Positions 11,871-24,314 of a stretch of DNA of 64,000 nucleotides are shown here, piece by piece. Source of the DNA: Trichoplax adhaerens (Eukaryota > Animalia > Placozoa); contig NW_002060982.1 of assembly GCF_000150275.1 (NCBI RefSeq), forward strand, positions 118,358-182,357. The letters run 5' to 3'. How positions within the stretch are numbered: position 1 is the first letter of the stretch; each line of letters begins with the position of its first letter. The notes below the pieces were generated by a model, which was not told where the DNA came from, did not search any database, and saw only the letters and a program-made list of their open reading frames with translations. Made by a program: the position numbers and the translations under genes.

Positions 11871-13050
11871 ACAGTACTGTAGACATGGACGACATACAGT
11901 ATATCATTTACAGTACAATGTACTGTCAATTCAGCTTCTTTTCCAAGCTATTGAATGAATTTCTTTGGCTAATCACAGGCTGGTAATGAATCAATGGCGC
12001 AGCACTGGTATGATAGAAGCGCTTTAAAATAAAAATAGTTTGACTTTATGCAGTAAGAATAAGACTGCTATAGCCAGATATTTCGAACTGAAGTTACGAT
12101 AAGAATACCTCTTATTTGATCAATCGTTTATTCATCATGATTGAACCACCAAGTTGTTAAAACAACTTTTTCAAAAGACAAGAAACGAACATTGTTAGAA
12201 ACTGCTATACTAAAGGTTGTGGTAAACGTCATTATAGGATACACGTATGTACGAATATAGACACGATGACAAGTTCTCTTGTTTTCATCACTACTGAAAG
12301 TATATATTTGAAAAAAGAGTTGATCTTCAAGACCCAGTAATAGTAGACTTGCATAATGAAATATTGCTTTGTCTTGGTAATTGCATGCCTTTAGCCAAAA
12401 CTTGTCAATAAAATGATGACCAATGTTGATCAGTTTCGGTCACATACATTACAGATACGTTTTCCTGTAGTTTTTAGGACATTGAATGCAACTCTTCATG
12501 GAAATTTGTTTACCGCCAACTTTGACATTAGAAGATCCAACTCTTTAAGATAGTACTCGTATTATTCATATTTACTTCATTTGCTGCTTGTTGTGATAGT
12601 GAATTTCATTGAATGGATCAACTGTTATGATCAATGCATGAATAAGAATAATAACAACACTATATCCAAAGGTAGTGTACAGTACCTTTATTGTCAGCCA
12701 ACGTCAATGGTCAATGCCAAATAGAATAACATAATGCGATCACTATTTCATGTAATCAAAAGATTTAATTAAAACTCAATCTTCCGCATAGGCTACAAGA
12801 TAAGAATGCAATGATGAACAAGAATTTGATTGAAGCAGCAAGTTCTGAACCTACCAGATAACACATTTATGAAAGCTATACCGGATATAATAAATATAGT
12901 CGGGATATCTTGCTTTTTTATAAAACTCAACTGTTCATTTGCCTTAAAGGACTCAATTTCGCTACAAATAGATCGCATACTAGGTATCGCTGTGTTCATA
13001 CACTATTTGGAAAGGATATTGATATCTTCTATATCTGAATAACCTGGATC

Positions 13051-14520
13051 ATGTGGCAAATAGTTCTTCTTAGCGCTATCGTTGGGCTTATAATTTATAT
13101 GTTTTATACCCACTATATTCTGCCCTTGTATCACTTCAAAAGTAAAGATATACCACACCCGAAGGCAAAAATTGTTTTCGGTAATGTCCTAGATGATTGG
13201 TATCATGGCAGTCATGTAAATCAAATACGAAATATACAAAACTTTGGTCGTGTCTATGGAACTTTGATTGGAACAGTTCCTATCATATGGATATCTGACC
13301 CTGACATGATTAAGGAAATAACTACTAAAAAGTTTCATTGCTTTGTTAATAGACATCAAGACATTCCATTAACTATCGATGTACTATGCTACGGTATTGT
13401 CATTGCACGCGATGAGAGATGGAAACGTATCCGTCGAATTCTGTCTCCAACTTTTAGTACATCCAAATTAAAGCAGGCTCTAGTCGTAATTAATGATACC
13501 AGTCAGCAAGTCGTAGATAATTTGATTCATTCATTGTCATCAGAAGAATGCCATCAAACACAAGCTATCAATTACACCAAGATGTACACTACTGCTATTC
13601 TGAAATCAACTTTAGCAAATTCATTTGGCGTATATTCAGACATTACTAGAGATGGTAAACTTGGTAAGGCAATCCACACCATCTTTCATAATCAGGGTTC
13701 GGCGGTAATGTTAGCATCTATTTCGCCTTTTCTAACGAAGTATTTTGCTAAATTAATACCTGGTACATTCGAAGCCTTCAATGTTTTAGATGATACTGTT
13801 AAGCAAGCAATTAGGGCTAGAAGAAAGGAAAATCCTTCGAACAGACGTAAAGATTTATTAAATCTGTTATTGGAATCACAAGATAGTGAAACATTAAGCG
13901 AAAAGGAAATATCTGCTCAGGCAACAACATTTCTTCTTGGAGGTTATGAATCGACAAGAAATACATTAATTTTTGCAACATATTTAATTACTACTCATCC
14001 TGAAATTCAACAAAAGTTGATCGATGAAATTGATAGCTATAGTCCTGATCAAGAATCATTAACTTATGACGTTATATCTAAATTACCCTACTTAGATATG
14101 GTTGTTAGTGAAGTACTACGCTTATATCCCTCTTTTCCAGAAATTAGTCGTGATGTAGAGCAGGATGTTACTATCGCAGGAGTAAAATTATGCAAAGGTG
14201 ATGCAATTAAGATTCCAGTGTATGGTATACATCGTGACAGTGAATTTTGGCCAAATCCTGAAAAATTTTTACCGGAAAGGTTTAGTGCTGAATCGACCCA
14301 AAAACGTCATAATTGCTGTTACTTACCATTTGGACTAGGTCCTCGTTCGTGTATTGGTTTGAGGTTGGCGTTATTTACAATTAAAGTATTTCTAGTAAAG
14401 CAGTTGCAACAATTCGAATTTAAGGTTTGTGAACAAACTGTTACTTCTTTGGAGATTGAAGCTAAGGCGTCGTTGTCGCCATTAAGCGATCTCTTTGTGC
14501 AAATAGTAAAAAGAAAATAA
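13051..14520 (+). CDS. Cytochrome P450, CYP3-clan-like (489 aa, single coding exon)
   Basis: N-terminal TM anchor, WKRIR (C-helix) plus LSPTFS, I-helix LGGYEST, EVLR (ExxR), PERF, and heme motif FGLGPRSCIG. Confidence 0.95.
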   Translation: MWQIVLLSAIVGLIIYMFYTHYILPLYHFKSKDIPHPKAKIVFGNVLDDWYHGSHVNQIRNIQNFGRVYGTLIGTVPIIWISDPDMIKEITTKKFHCFVNRHQDIPLTIDVLCYGIVIARDERWKRIRRILSPTFSTSKLKQALVVINDTSQQVVDNLIHSLSSEECHQTQAINYTKMYTTAILKSTLANSFGVYSDITRDGKLGKAIHTIFHNQGSAVMLASISPFLTKYFAKLIPGTFEAFNVLDDTVKQAIRARRKENPSNRRKDLLNLLLESQDSETLSEKEISAQATTFLLGGYESTRNTLIFATYLITTHPEIQQKLIDEIDSYSPDQESLTYDVISKLPYLDMVVSEVLRLYPSFPEISRDVEQDVTIAGVKLCKGDAIKIPVYGIHRDSEFWPNPEKFLPERFSAESTQKRHNCCYLPFGLGPRSCIGLRLALFTIKVFLVKQLQQFEFKVCEQTVTSLEIEAKASLSPLSDLFVQIVKRK

Positions 14521-15577
14521 ATTTTATCGTTTAAATTAAATTAATCCAACGAATTGAAACTGATGCAGCGCTTAAATATACAGTATACTATTTACGCTAT
14601 TTAAAACTATTTAAAAATCAATCCATGGATTGATATTCTTAATTTGATGTCTGCTTTACGTAGAGTATTAATACTGAATAATCATGTAATTGCTTATGAT
14701 AATTATACTGTAATATTTTGTTGAAAGAAAATTACTAGCAGTGTCCTGCTATCGAAAGTGTCGAAGTTGTTCCTTTATTCGAAAATTAATTCAATTAGTA
14801 ATCAATCTAAAGATCTTCCAAGGAAGAGCAACTCATGTCGTATTCATCCTGTATTTTGTGGACTCCTTGTCATTTTAACTTTATTTATGGATAGTATTCC
14901 TTATCGTATCATAATTTTATTACGCATTTACAGTGGATATTTCTATTGTGTCTCTAAGCTATGACCCTACTAATAATTAAGGAGCTTGTTTCTGCATAAA
15001 AACGAGTGCATGTGTTTTGATTATACACCACCAAAAACAGATCGAATAAATAAATTATTATTTATTCAGTGCAATACTAATTCGATTGCAGCGATCGCTT
15101 ATAAATTATTTATTACTAGCTAGTCTTGTAGTTAGCATACAGTAATGGCTAATATATACCGTTGTATTTAACGTACGATTGCCGTGCAATCGATTTTACA
15201 TCTGTCAATAGTTTTCGTTCAATACAGCATAATCGACTGATGGCTACTAAAACTAATTTTAATTGCGGTCCATTTCTAGTGATAGCCAAAATATCGATTA
15301 ATGTTTATCAAACCCTCCAAGGACACATATCGAAGGTTCACTTCTTAATCAGTTCGAACCAGTTATACCTGCAAGGTTGATTATTTGTTACTATTAATAA
15401 TCAATATTCTAACGAGCAGCTTCGCTTTGCGAACTAATTCTAGTACTAATCTGCTGGACGAGTTATAATAATGAGTATAGAATTAACCATGAGACTTGTG
15501 TACAGTACGGTACGCAGTCATGGGCTACTAAATTCGGTACTATAGTTCATGGTAAGGTGCGATAATGACCAAGGCAG

Positions 15578-15600
15578 GGACGTCAGTTGCCCCTGGCAAC
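15578..15600. promoter_or_regulatory. RFX X-box-like palindrome GTTGCC-CCT-GGCAAC with an adjacent CRE-like GGACGTCA
   Basis: Perfect 6-bp inverted half-sites at 15586-15600, about 250 bp upstream of the ATG of the second P450, in a locally GC-richer patch. TATA-like TATATAAA near 15806. Confidence 0.5.
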
Positions 15601-15845
15601 CACTGAGAAGACCATCTAGCCATCTTGGATAAATGTAATAGCTGAACGCCGAGCGCGAATCTGCAGTTGATTTCTATACAAATACACTATGCAAGTGTGC
15701 AATCTTGACTAAGCGAGAAAAGAGTCAACAAACTGATAGTTGCGTGACTACTCTAAATTTATACTCTTTAGTCAGTTTACGATTCTCGATTTTGGACGCG
15801 TATAATATATAAATTAATCGGCCTGAATTATATTCATGGTCAATC

Positions 15846-17360
15846 ATGGATGAACAAATCAACTATATCGATTCTGGATTTTTATTCGGTGATCAACTCT
15901 TCTACCCTGTAGCTATTTTACTCATTTCATCCATACTAGCTTATTTCTTATATCGCAATATTATTGCACCACTGTACTATTTCCAACGCTTAGGCATTCC
16001 CAGTCCAAAACAAACCCCTTTCTTTGGTCATGTACTAAATATCAACCGTGATGGCTTTCAACATACTTACTTAAATTACACAAAACAAATGGGTCCTGTA
16101 TACGGTTTAATGTTTGGCCGCGTACCTGAAATGGTAATATCAGATTTAGATATGGTCAAAGAAATTACTGTTAAGAGATTCAATCAATTTATTAATCGAG
16201 CTGAATTAATTAATCTTCCTAAAGAATCTCCTTTCTATGACGGGTTATTACGTTTACGTGATCATCAGTGGAAGAGAGTTCGCGGCTTACTTGTGCCAAC
16301 ATTTAGCGGTGCTAAAATGCGACAAATTATTACCATTATGAATAATATTAGCCAAGGTCTAGTTGATCGACTGTTACAAAAATGCCAACAAGACGGTCAG
16401 ATTGATATTTGGCAAGCTTATGGTCAAGTGACGATGCAAATTATATTAGCGATCGCTTTCGGTGTCGAATCGCACGGTCATAATGGATCTGACAATCTAA
16501 CCAAGTCTGCTCGACGTATTACAGGAGTAGCCACTCGATTAATAGTATTAGTCCCGCTTTTCCCCAGTTTTATAGTACGATTATTACTTACGTTGAGGGG
16601 AAAAGGACGAGATGATGCCACATTTTTACGTGATACTGCTATGAAAGTGATTGAATCAAGACGCGCTCATGGTCTGTCGTCTCGTAAAGACTTATTACAA
16701 TTAATGATCGATGCTGGAGATAACGGTAAACTGACTGACACCGAAGTTATTGCACAATCCATCGTTTTCTTAATTGCCGGTTATGAAACTACAAGTAATG
16801 CATTAGCTTTTACCAGTTATCTACTAGCACTTAACCCCGATATACAAGATAAATTAATTAAGGAAATTGATGAAAAATGTCCAGACGAGAATGCAATCGA
16901 TTACGATACTATATCGAATTTAACTTACTTAGATATGGTTTTAGATGAAGCTATGAGAATATATCCGCCAGCCTTCCGATTCAATCGAGAGGCAAGTGAG
17001 GATATTACTATTAACAATATTTTTATACCTAAAGGCATGACTGTCACTATTCCAATTATCGCGATACATCATGACCCCAAGCTATGGCCTAATCCTGATA
17101 AATTCGATCCAGAACGATTTTCAGCTAAGGCTAAAGCAGAACGTAATCCATATAGTTATATGCCGTTCGGAGTTGGTCCAAGAGCCTGCATTGGGATGCG
17201 ATTGGCTGTTATTGAAGCTAAACTAATATTAATTCGAACTTTGCAGCAAGTTCGGTTCACCGTAGTTAAAGAAACGCCTATTCCTCTGAAATTTCGAGGG
17301 GGTGTTGTCACTTCGCCTAAAAATGGAATACGATTAGGATTAACCTCTAGAAATGTATAG
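15846..17360 (+). CDS. Cytochrome P450, CYP3-clan-like (504 aa, single coding exon)
   Basis: N-terminal TM anchor and Pro-rich hinge, WKRVR plus PTFSGAKMR, AGYETTS, EAMR, PERF, and heme motif FGVGPRACIG. Confidence 0.96.
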   Translation: MDEQINYIDSGFLFGDQLFYPVAILLISSILAYFLYRNIIAPLYYFQRLGIPSPKQTPFFGHVLNINRDGFQHTYLNYTKQMGPVYGLMFGRVPEMVISDLDMVKEITVKRFNQFINRAELINLPKESPFYDGLLRLRDHQWKRVRGLLVPTFSGAKMRQIITIMNNISQGLVDRLLQKCQQDGQIDIWQAYGQVTMQIILAIAFGVESHGHNGSDNLTKSARRITGVATRLIVLVPLFPSFIVRLLLTLRGKGRDDATFLRDTAMKVIESRRAHGLSSRKDLLQLMIDAGDNGKLTDTEVIAQSIVFLIAGYETTSNALAFTSYLLALNPDIQDKLIKEIDEKCPDENAIDYDTISNLTYLDMVLDEAMRIYPPAFRFNREASEDITINNIFIPKGMTVTIPIIAIHHDPKLWPNPDKFDPERFSAKAKAERNPYSYMPFGVGPRACIGMRLAVIEAKLILIRTLQQVRFTVVKETPIPLKFRGGVVTSPKNGIRLGLTSRNV

Positions 17361-20300
17361 ACTAGGTTATTATTCATGCACTAAAGAATTGATTCCCATC
17401 TAGAAATCTGTTAGCCTGATCAAGCTGAAAACAGGAGTCTTCCTGACGGAAGTGAATTTTATGATCTCGTTTTACCTTCATGAAAATAGTTCAACCCTCG
17501 TATTTGTAATACGAATTGTAACAAAAACATTATGCTTTTTACCTTATATAAAATGAAAGCATAATAACAACCATATTTCAAAATTAAATTGTAGGGAAGT
17601 TATAGGAAATTAATTCTGTTTGGATTACTATTACAATTTATTATCGAAAAACTACTACATCTTGCATCATTTAAGAATTGCAACATGTTATTTAAGTAAC
17701 TGAAAAGTTTCGGAATGTGACTACATCAAGTACTTAAAATTATATCCAATAACTAACTATACTACACGTAGTCAGATCAGAAGTTATCTATTACGGCTCA
17801 TGGCATAACACATCATCCTGACGTACAACGCCATTCTTTATTTGCTAATACTCTGAGATAGAAAATTTATACGTGCTTCTATAAATTTTCGAAAGCCTGG
17901 TTAAGATTAATTCTCGGAAATTTCGAGTGCTGTTTTTATCAGAGGTCAATAGCTACATAAGTGTTTCATTACAAGCTTAATGGAAATTTAAATTTCTGTT
18001 AGTTGTAAACAAGACAATAGCATGGAAAAAATCCGCTCTATCTTAGTTATTATAAACAGATGCACTCAGTTTTATCAAAGACGTATGGAAAGATAATTAC
18101 CACCAATCTAAAATTTAAAATAAATGTGATTATAGGCGTACCTCAAAGTGATCCCTTTCGGTTAAGAACCTTAAAGAATTAAAATCTTAGAATTATATCG
18201 TTCAGCTAATACATCGAGCAACATATGTATATGAATAAAAATGAGATTATTGTTAATATATAAAGTTTCAAATCTCGATCAATATATGTGAACACTTTTT
18301 CTTTGTATCAAGCTTGCATAACCTACTACATAAATTCGATTACAATTATTGACAAAAAGTTTTATGTTATTTTATTCTTGAATTAAACTTTTCAAAATTG
18401 TTATGTGTCGGCTACGTTATCAATTGATTAAATAAACGCTAAGATCGCGAAGGCTATTCTTAATGATACTCCGCCGGCAAATCAAGCTTGGATCCCTATA
18501 TTCTCCCTCATAAGCAGTTTCAAACTGAAAAGCTATGCTAAAACAAGCTCGTCTTCATCCATTCGCATTAATAAAGTTTATAAAAATTAAACATATGTTA
18601 AATCGAATATGCATAAAAAGATAGGAATTGACTGTTTTCTTTACGTTTACTGCTTTCATAACAAATCTGAAACGGGATAGCCAACACTTCCAAGAAAGCA
18701 TTCTATAAGCTATCTGCTCAATTGCTACGACTCATTTAATCCGAAAAGCACTAAAATGGTATTTGGCACAATATTAGCATTGACAATATATCTTACTAAA
18801 CTTAAGGACTATGCTTTCTGAAACGCTATGAATATGATACGTGCTTTGATGACAGAGAAGAATCGGTTATAGCTAAATAATGGAAATTTGCATTAGAAAA
18901 CTTTCTCACATCAATTGGTAAAAGGAAAATCATAAATAAATACTTAATAGTCTCTTATTTAACCTAGACAGTGAATTTAAATTTAAAATCCAATACAATA
19001 TTTCTTGTAGTAACCATTTGAATTAATATACGTGTATAAATTGAATAGATTTAAAACATATAAAGTGGTCTATTAATTAATTACTAGATATAATATACAC
19101 AAACTGAACAATTGCAAGCTATTTAATAGGGCAGAAAATATATTCTATACACTCAATATACTACAAAAGGTGGCTCGAATTGAGATATATTAATTATAGT
19201 TATCTTTAAAACTTAATCGTGGAAGAAAAGACTTGTAATCGTAAGTTCTGACTAAAGGAGGATCTAGTACTGTTTTAGCTCATAATTTCGAAAAATATTG
19301 ATATATTTAGCCATAAATATTACTTGCTGGTTCTATAAAAGCAATTGTAAGAAATTATTTACAGATTAAATAGATACCTGTCACCTTATTAGCTATCGCT
19401 AACAAACAAGCAGTTAAATATCTTTCCAAAGTATATCTGTAAGAAAAATCTCCAACTATCGCTAAAATAACACATGGAAGATCTAATAAATCAATATAAT
19501 TTTCTCCTATTTATTTAAGGTTACATTACTGCTAAGAATACATAAGAGTTTATTATAATGCTAGTCATCGCTACTCAAAACAATATGCACGTAGATTCAC
19601 ATATAAAGAAAAGATCTTGTTTTTGTGGATTAAAAACTACAATAATTATATCCATTTCTTCATTACAACAAATAAAGCTTATGAGCTACAAAAATAGTAT
19701 TATTATCGTGTTTAATCATATATATGTACTGGTGACGGTATCGGTATTGGTAAAAATGATAGTCAAAAAATCTCTTCATCTTGTAATATAGGCATTCCTG
19801 GCAACAAGAAAATATTTGTGCTATCTAATTATAATCAGTGTTATGGTATGCTGATATTTAACTAAATTTGATCTAATTTGCTTATTTTAACATTTTATGT
19901 TTATAGAGTCTAGTGGCATTAGTTTAAAGCTCTCCAGCCAATCCCTTATCCTCAATCTTGCATAAGTAATACATTGTATTAGGATCTAATAAATACATCA
20001 GATTCAAATTATATCTTATTAAAATCAGCTACGAATCCTTAAATCTAATGAAAATGAGTCATATTTGCATATGTTAACACACACAATCTTTTTCAATTCG
20101 GTGGTTGTATTCGATGTCTAAATAGCACATTTATGGAATACTTTACACGGTAACTTATCATAGATAAAAAATGATTCGTATGATGCAATGTAAAGCACAG
20201 CATACCATAGTCCTTAATGATAAAAGTTGTGCCTGCACACTTATTAACTGTACGTCAGTTATAGCAATAATATACTAAATTCGGCCTAGGCCGTAAACGA

Positions 20301-23300
20301 AATTAATAAGGCAATTAGGTTTTCAATTAATTTTTTCAATTCAAATACTCTTCGATTTTCTTTAATAACACTAAAAGGCGTACTAAATTATGGCAACCTA
20401 CAAATACTGACAAGATAGTTTATTTCAAAGCTTTTTAGACTTAGATCTTATTACTGCTAACTACTTATCAATCGATTGAAAATATATTTAAATTAAATAA
20501 GGATTTTAAAAACGTCCATCATAATCTGCTGGTGGCTAAATTAGAGCTCTGTTTTCTTCAATTTTCCATAGAGTCTTTCTACTGATTAAGAAAGCCACCA
20601 AATAAAATTTTACAATTTCATTAATCATTACGAATAACCATTACACTGCTATAAGATAGCAAGAAATTTTAATACTAAAAATTTTATTGTAAAATTGCAA
20701 GTCGGATAGAATACCATAAATGAACACCTTGTCTTAGTTTTTCTTTCGTAATTAATATAGGCCAAACTACAGTACATGCACAATAATCCCGATGATATTT
20801 TTAGCTAGACCAATCAAATTAAGTTAAAAACTTTTAAATATTTATTTGCAGTTAGTATCGATTTCCATACATGGAACTAATCAGGGATCATGAAATGGGC
20901 ATTACGATAATAACAAAGTATGGCTTAAAAATATCAAGCTGCAGTGGTACATCGACGAGGATTCCTAATAGAATTATTTTAGATCACTATTAGGAATTTC
21001 TAGATAACGGTTACTTTGTATTTCGCAGGATAGTATACATGGATTATCATAATACTTTGACAAGAAATACTGTACCGGCGATTAGATATTTCTAGATATG
21101 AGATACCATCTAACCGCTATGTAGCAATACTATTTGATTTTATTGCTTTCGTGAGCAAACGTGAAAATGTTGATATTCAGTAAATTGCAATGTGCTTTTC
21201 AATTAAGTTAGCCATTCAATTATTTACCGTATCTTACAGTAGACAATTTAAGCTAACTCATTAACTATCTTAGAATTATTTCTACAAAATCTAGCCATTT
21301 CGATCAAATCTATCTCAAGCGATATTGAATCAACTTTCTACAGAAAAGTATGCTGAATTCCAAATTCCTGCCTAAAATATTCAATTTCTTGTATGCTAAT
21401 GAACTCTGTCATTCAGTCTAAACTCACTTATTCCTTTTAAATTTCGAAGATAAGGGCCAATAGTTGATATTTCAATCAACCGAAAAATTAATCAAAGCCG
21501 TTCAATTTAAGTATTCCATCGATCTTATTGTATCCACGTTTAAAGTTCTACACTTTTTTTCATGAGTCAAGTTTAACAATTCCATTGACTGCAAAGCAAC
21601 AAATAACTGTATTTCTTTAGAAGAGGTGCAGTATAATACTGTGTCATAATTGAAGATAGTCTATAGAGACTTGATCATGGCATTTACCATTTAAGGATGT
21701 TATAATACAAGGCAACATTTTCGCTTTAAATAACATCATTCTTTCGAACACTAAAACATATACAAGATATTTATAAACTTGATATAAGGTGCTTAGGCTA
21801 AAGTAATTGCTGGTTACTGTTACTATTTAAGGACATATTGCTGTCTATCATTTAAATATTATGACGTAATGCGGTATGGCGAATAAAAATATCACAAGTG
21901 GTATCTTAATATAGATCATTCAGCCTAATTAAGTAAAACAATTTCGCAGGGTAAGTATTAGCGTCGAGACATTGCTTTGACATTGGTTTGACGTAAAGGA
22001 TACTTAATTCCCGGGTATACAGCATATTGATTCTATAGTGCTGTACAGTATACTGTGCTACTACTGTTAGCAGTTGAGCGATCAAAAATCGATTTCAACT
22101 TAAAAAAAAATTTTCACGAAAGTAACCGATACTGAATAGAGCATAAGTATCGAGATATTTGGATTGGAGGTGTTGCTCTTTAATCATACAAAAACTAAAT
22201 AGATTTTACCAATAACTAGGGTAGTCTATATTTTTTTCGATAACTTTAACCCAGAAAATTAAAGCAATAATAACCTTGACCAACATAAACTATTCAAGCT
22301 TCAATAGAAAATGAATAATGCATGAAACAATAAACAACAGCTGCAACTTTCTCAGTTTGACTAAAGCATTGAAACAAATTATTTATTAATTAGTACGACA
22401 TTTGTAATAGCCAGTCTTTTTATTGATCACTCTATTTATTGATCACTCTATTAATAATACATCATCCTGCTTGGATTTTCCTTTGATTAATACTCTCAAT
22501 ATATTCATCCAAGTCTCTTATAACAAATAGAATTGTCAAAGATTATAAAAGTCTTGTTCCTTTCCGCTCTTATCAATATTCCAAACTAATCTCTTTGCAA
22601 ATTGGTACATTCTATCTTCACTTTTCCACCCAATCTTACCAGTTATAGAGGATAAAGGTTTCAGGTAAAAAATTGCTTTTGGAGCATTTTCATGCCAACT
22701 GAAATACTTGCATATTGTTAGATGGATATTTTGATACTTTTCTATAACAATAACGACCCTGTCTAACGAACTTGGTTCAATATCGTAATATTTTTCTTTT
22801 ACTACTTTAAAATGAATCTGGTCGCTATCGAGTGCGAACGACCATGATTGCTTATTTCATTGATACTCATACTCATACTTTAAGTGTTGGAAGAGTATTG
22901 CTAATGACATTTATTTCTTTAAAAATTATGTTACTAATATACTCGGGATCAATGTTGAATTTTTCAATACGATTCTATTCGAATATGGTTCACTCGGGTA
23001 TTCTCTCGTCAATATTACGCAGTACTTTGCTAGCAGTGATAGATTATCAAAGATCCCATTCTTATTAAAAGTATACATTAAAGTATCTAAATAAGAAATT
23101 ATTTCTAATTTTTATAAGGATCATTAATCGATTCGAATGTGCTTGAAATTGCTGGTCTTGATCATAATTATAACAGGTAGATATTACATGACAACAATTA
23201 GCCGACATTCCTTGGTTATTATCACTATTCATCTCTATTCATCTTCATGACTATCTAACGTTTCTTGCTTGAAAAAGGCCAAAAAACAATACTAATATCC

Positions 23301-24177
23301 AGCAAATACTATTTACATAGACTACAGTACTTTTAGAGTTGAAATATTTCTGGAAAATAAATTTAATTTCAAATTAAAAATTCCTCTCTAAAAATTGCCA
23401 TCAAATTTTCCTTCTTCATTTTGAAACCGACCATTGCTAAAAATTTAATGTAGACTCATGTATTTTTTAATGATGAATTTGCCGAGTATCTTGACTTAAG
23501 ATTATTACTGTTTGTTTTTTAAAGCTCCTACATGAGCGTTACATTATCTCATAAATATGAAACCAAAATTGCATAATAACTATACTAGTATATTGCTTTC
23601 ATCGTATTAAAAATGCAGAATATATCTGTAATAGCTTGCTCTATTACGCTAGGTCCTAAGTTTATGTCGTAAGTAGCACAAGCTTAAAGTTGATCGTATT
23701 ATCAAGCACCCGTTGATTTATTAGATTTTAGTACATCTTAGTATCATCGTTAATACGACTTAACGCCACTTCTCTACAATATCCAATGAGATTTGACGGT
23801 ATGAAAAATAGTTTTCTCGATTCAATTGTAAGTTACAGTAATCATTTTAAGATTGTCACGGTACGCCGTTACTAATTAAGTAACTGTAAATTAATGAATG
23901 CTTATGAATAGATAAGATAAGGTTATGTGGATATGTTTTAATGCGCTTGTAGCTAATAATAGGATGGTAGAAATGAGATAAAAATAGAAGTTGATAGCAG
24001 TTAATTTACTGTAGGTTTATAAGGTGTGTTAATCTCTAAAAATTGAGCTGTACATGGACGAAGGTTAAGCGTCTTAACACCTGATAGCTTGTAGCTATCT
24101 AAGTCTGAGAATATCGACATGTATATTTAGTAATGGTATTATACTAATTAATGTAACTTATAAAGCATGAATTCTCA

Positions 24178-24314
24178 NNNNNNNNNNNNNNNNNNNNNNN
24201 NNNNNNNNNNNNNNNNNNNNNNNNNNNNNNNNNNNNNNNNNNNNNNNNNNNNNNNNNNNNNNNNNNNNNNNNNNNNNNNNNNNNNNNNNNNNNNNNNNNN
24301 NNNNNNNNNNNNNN
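24178..24314. other. Assembly gap (N run)
   Basis: Run of n. Confidence 0.99.
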
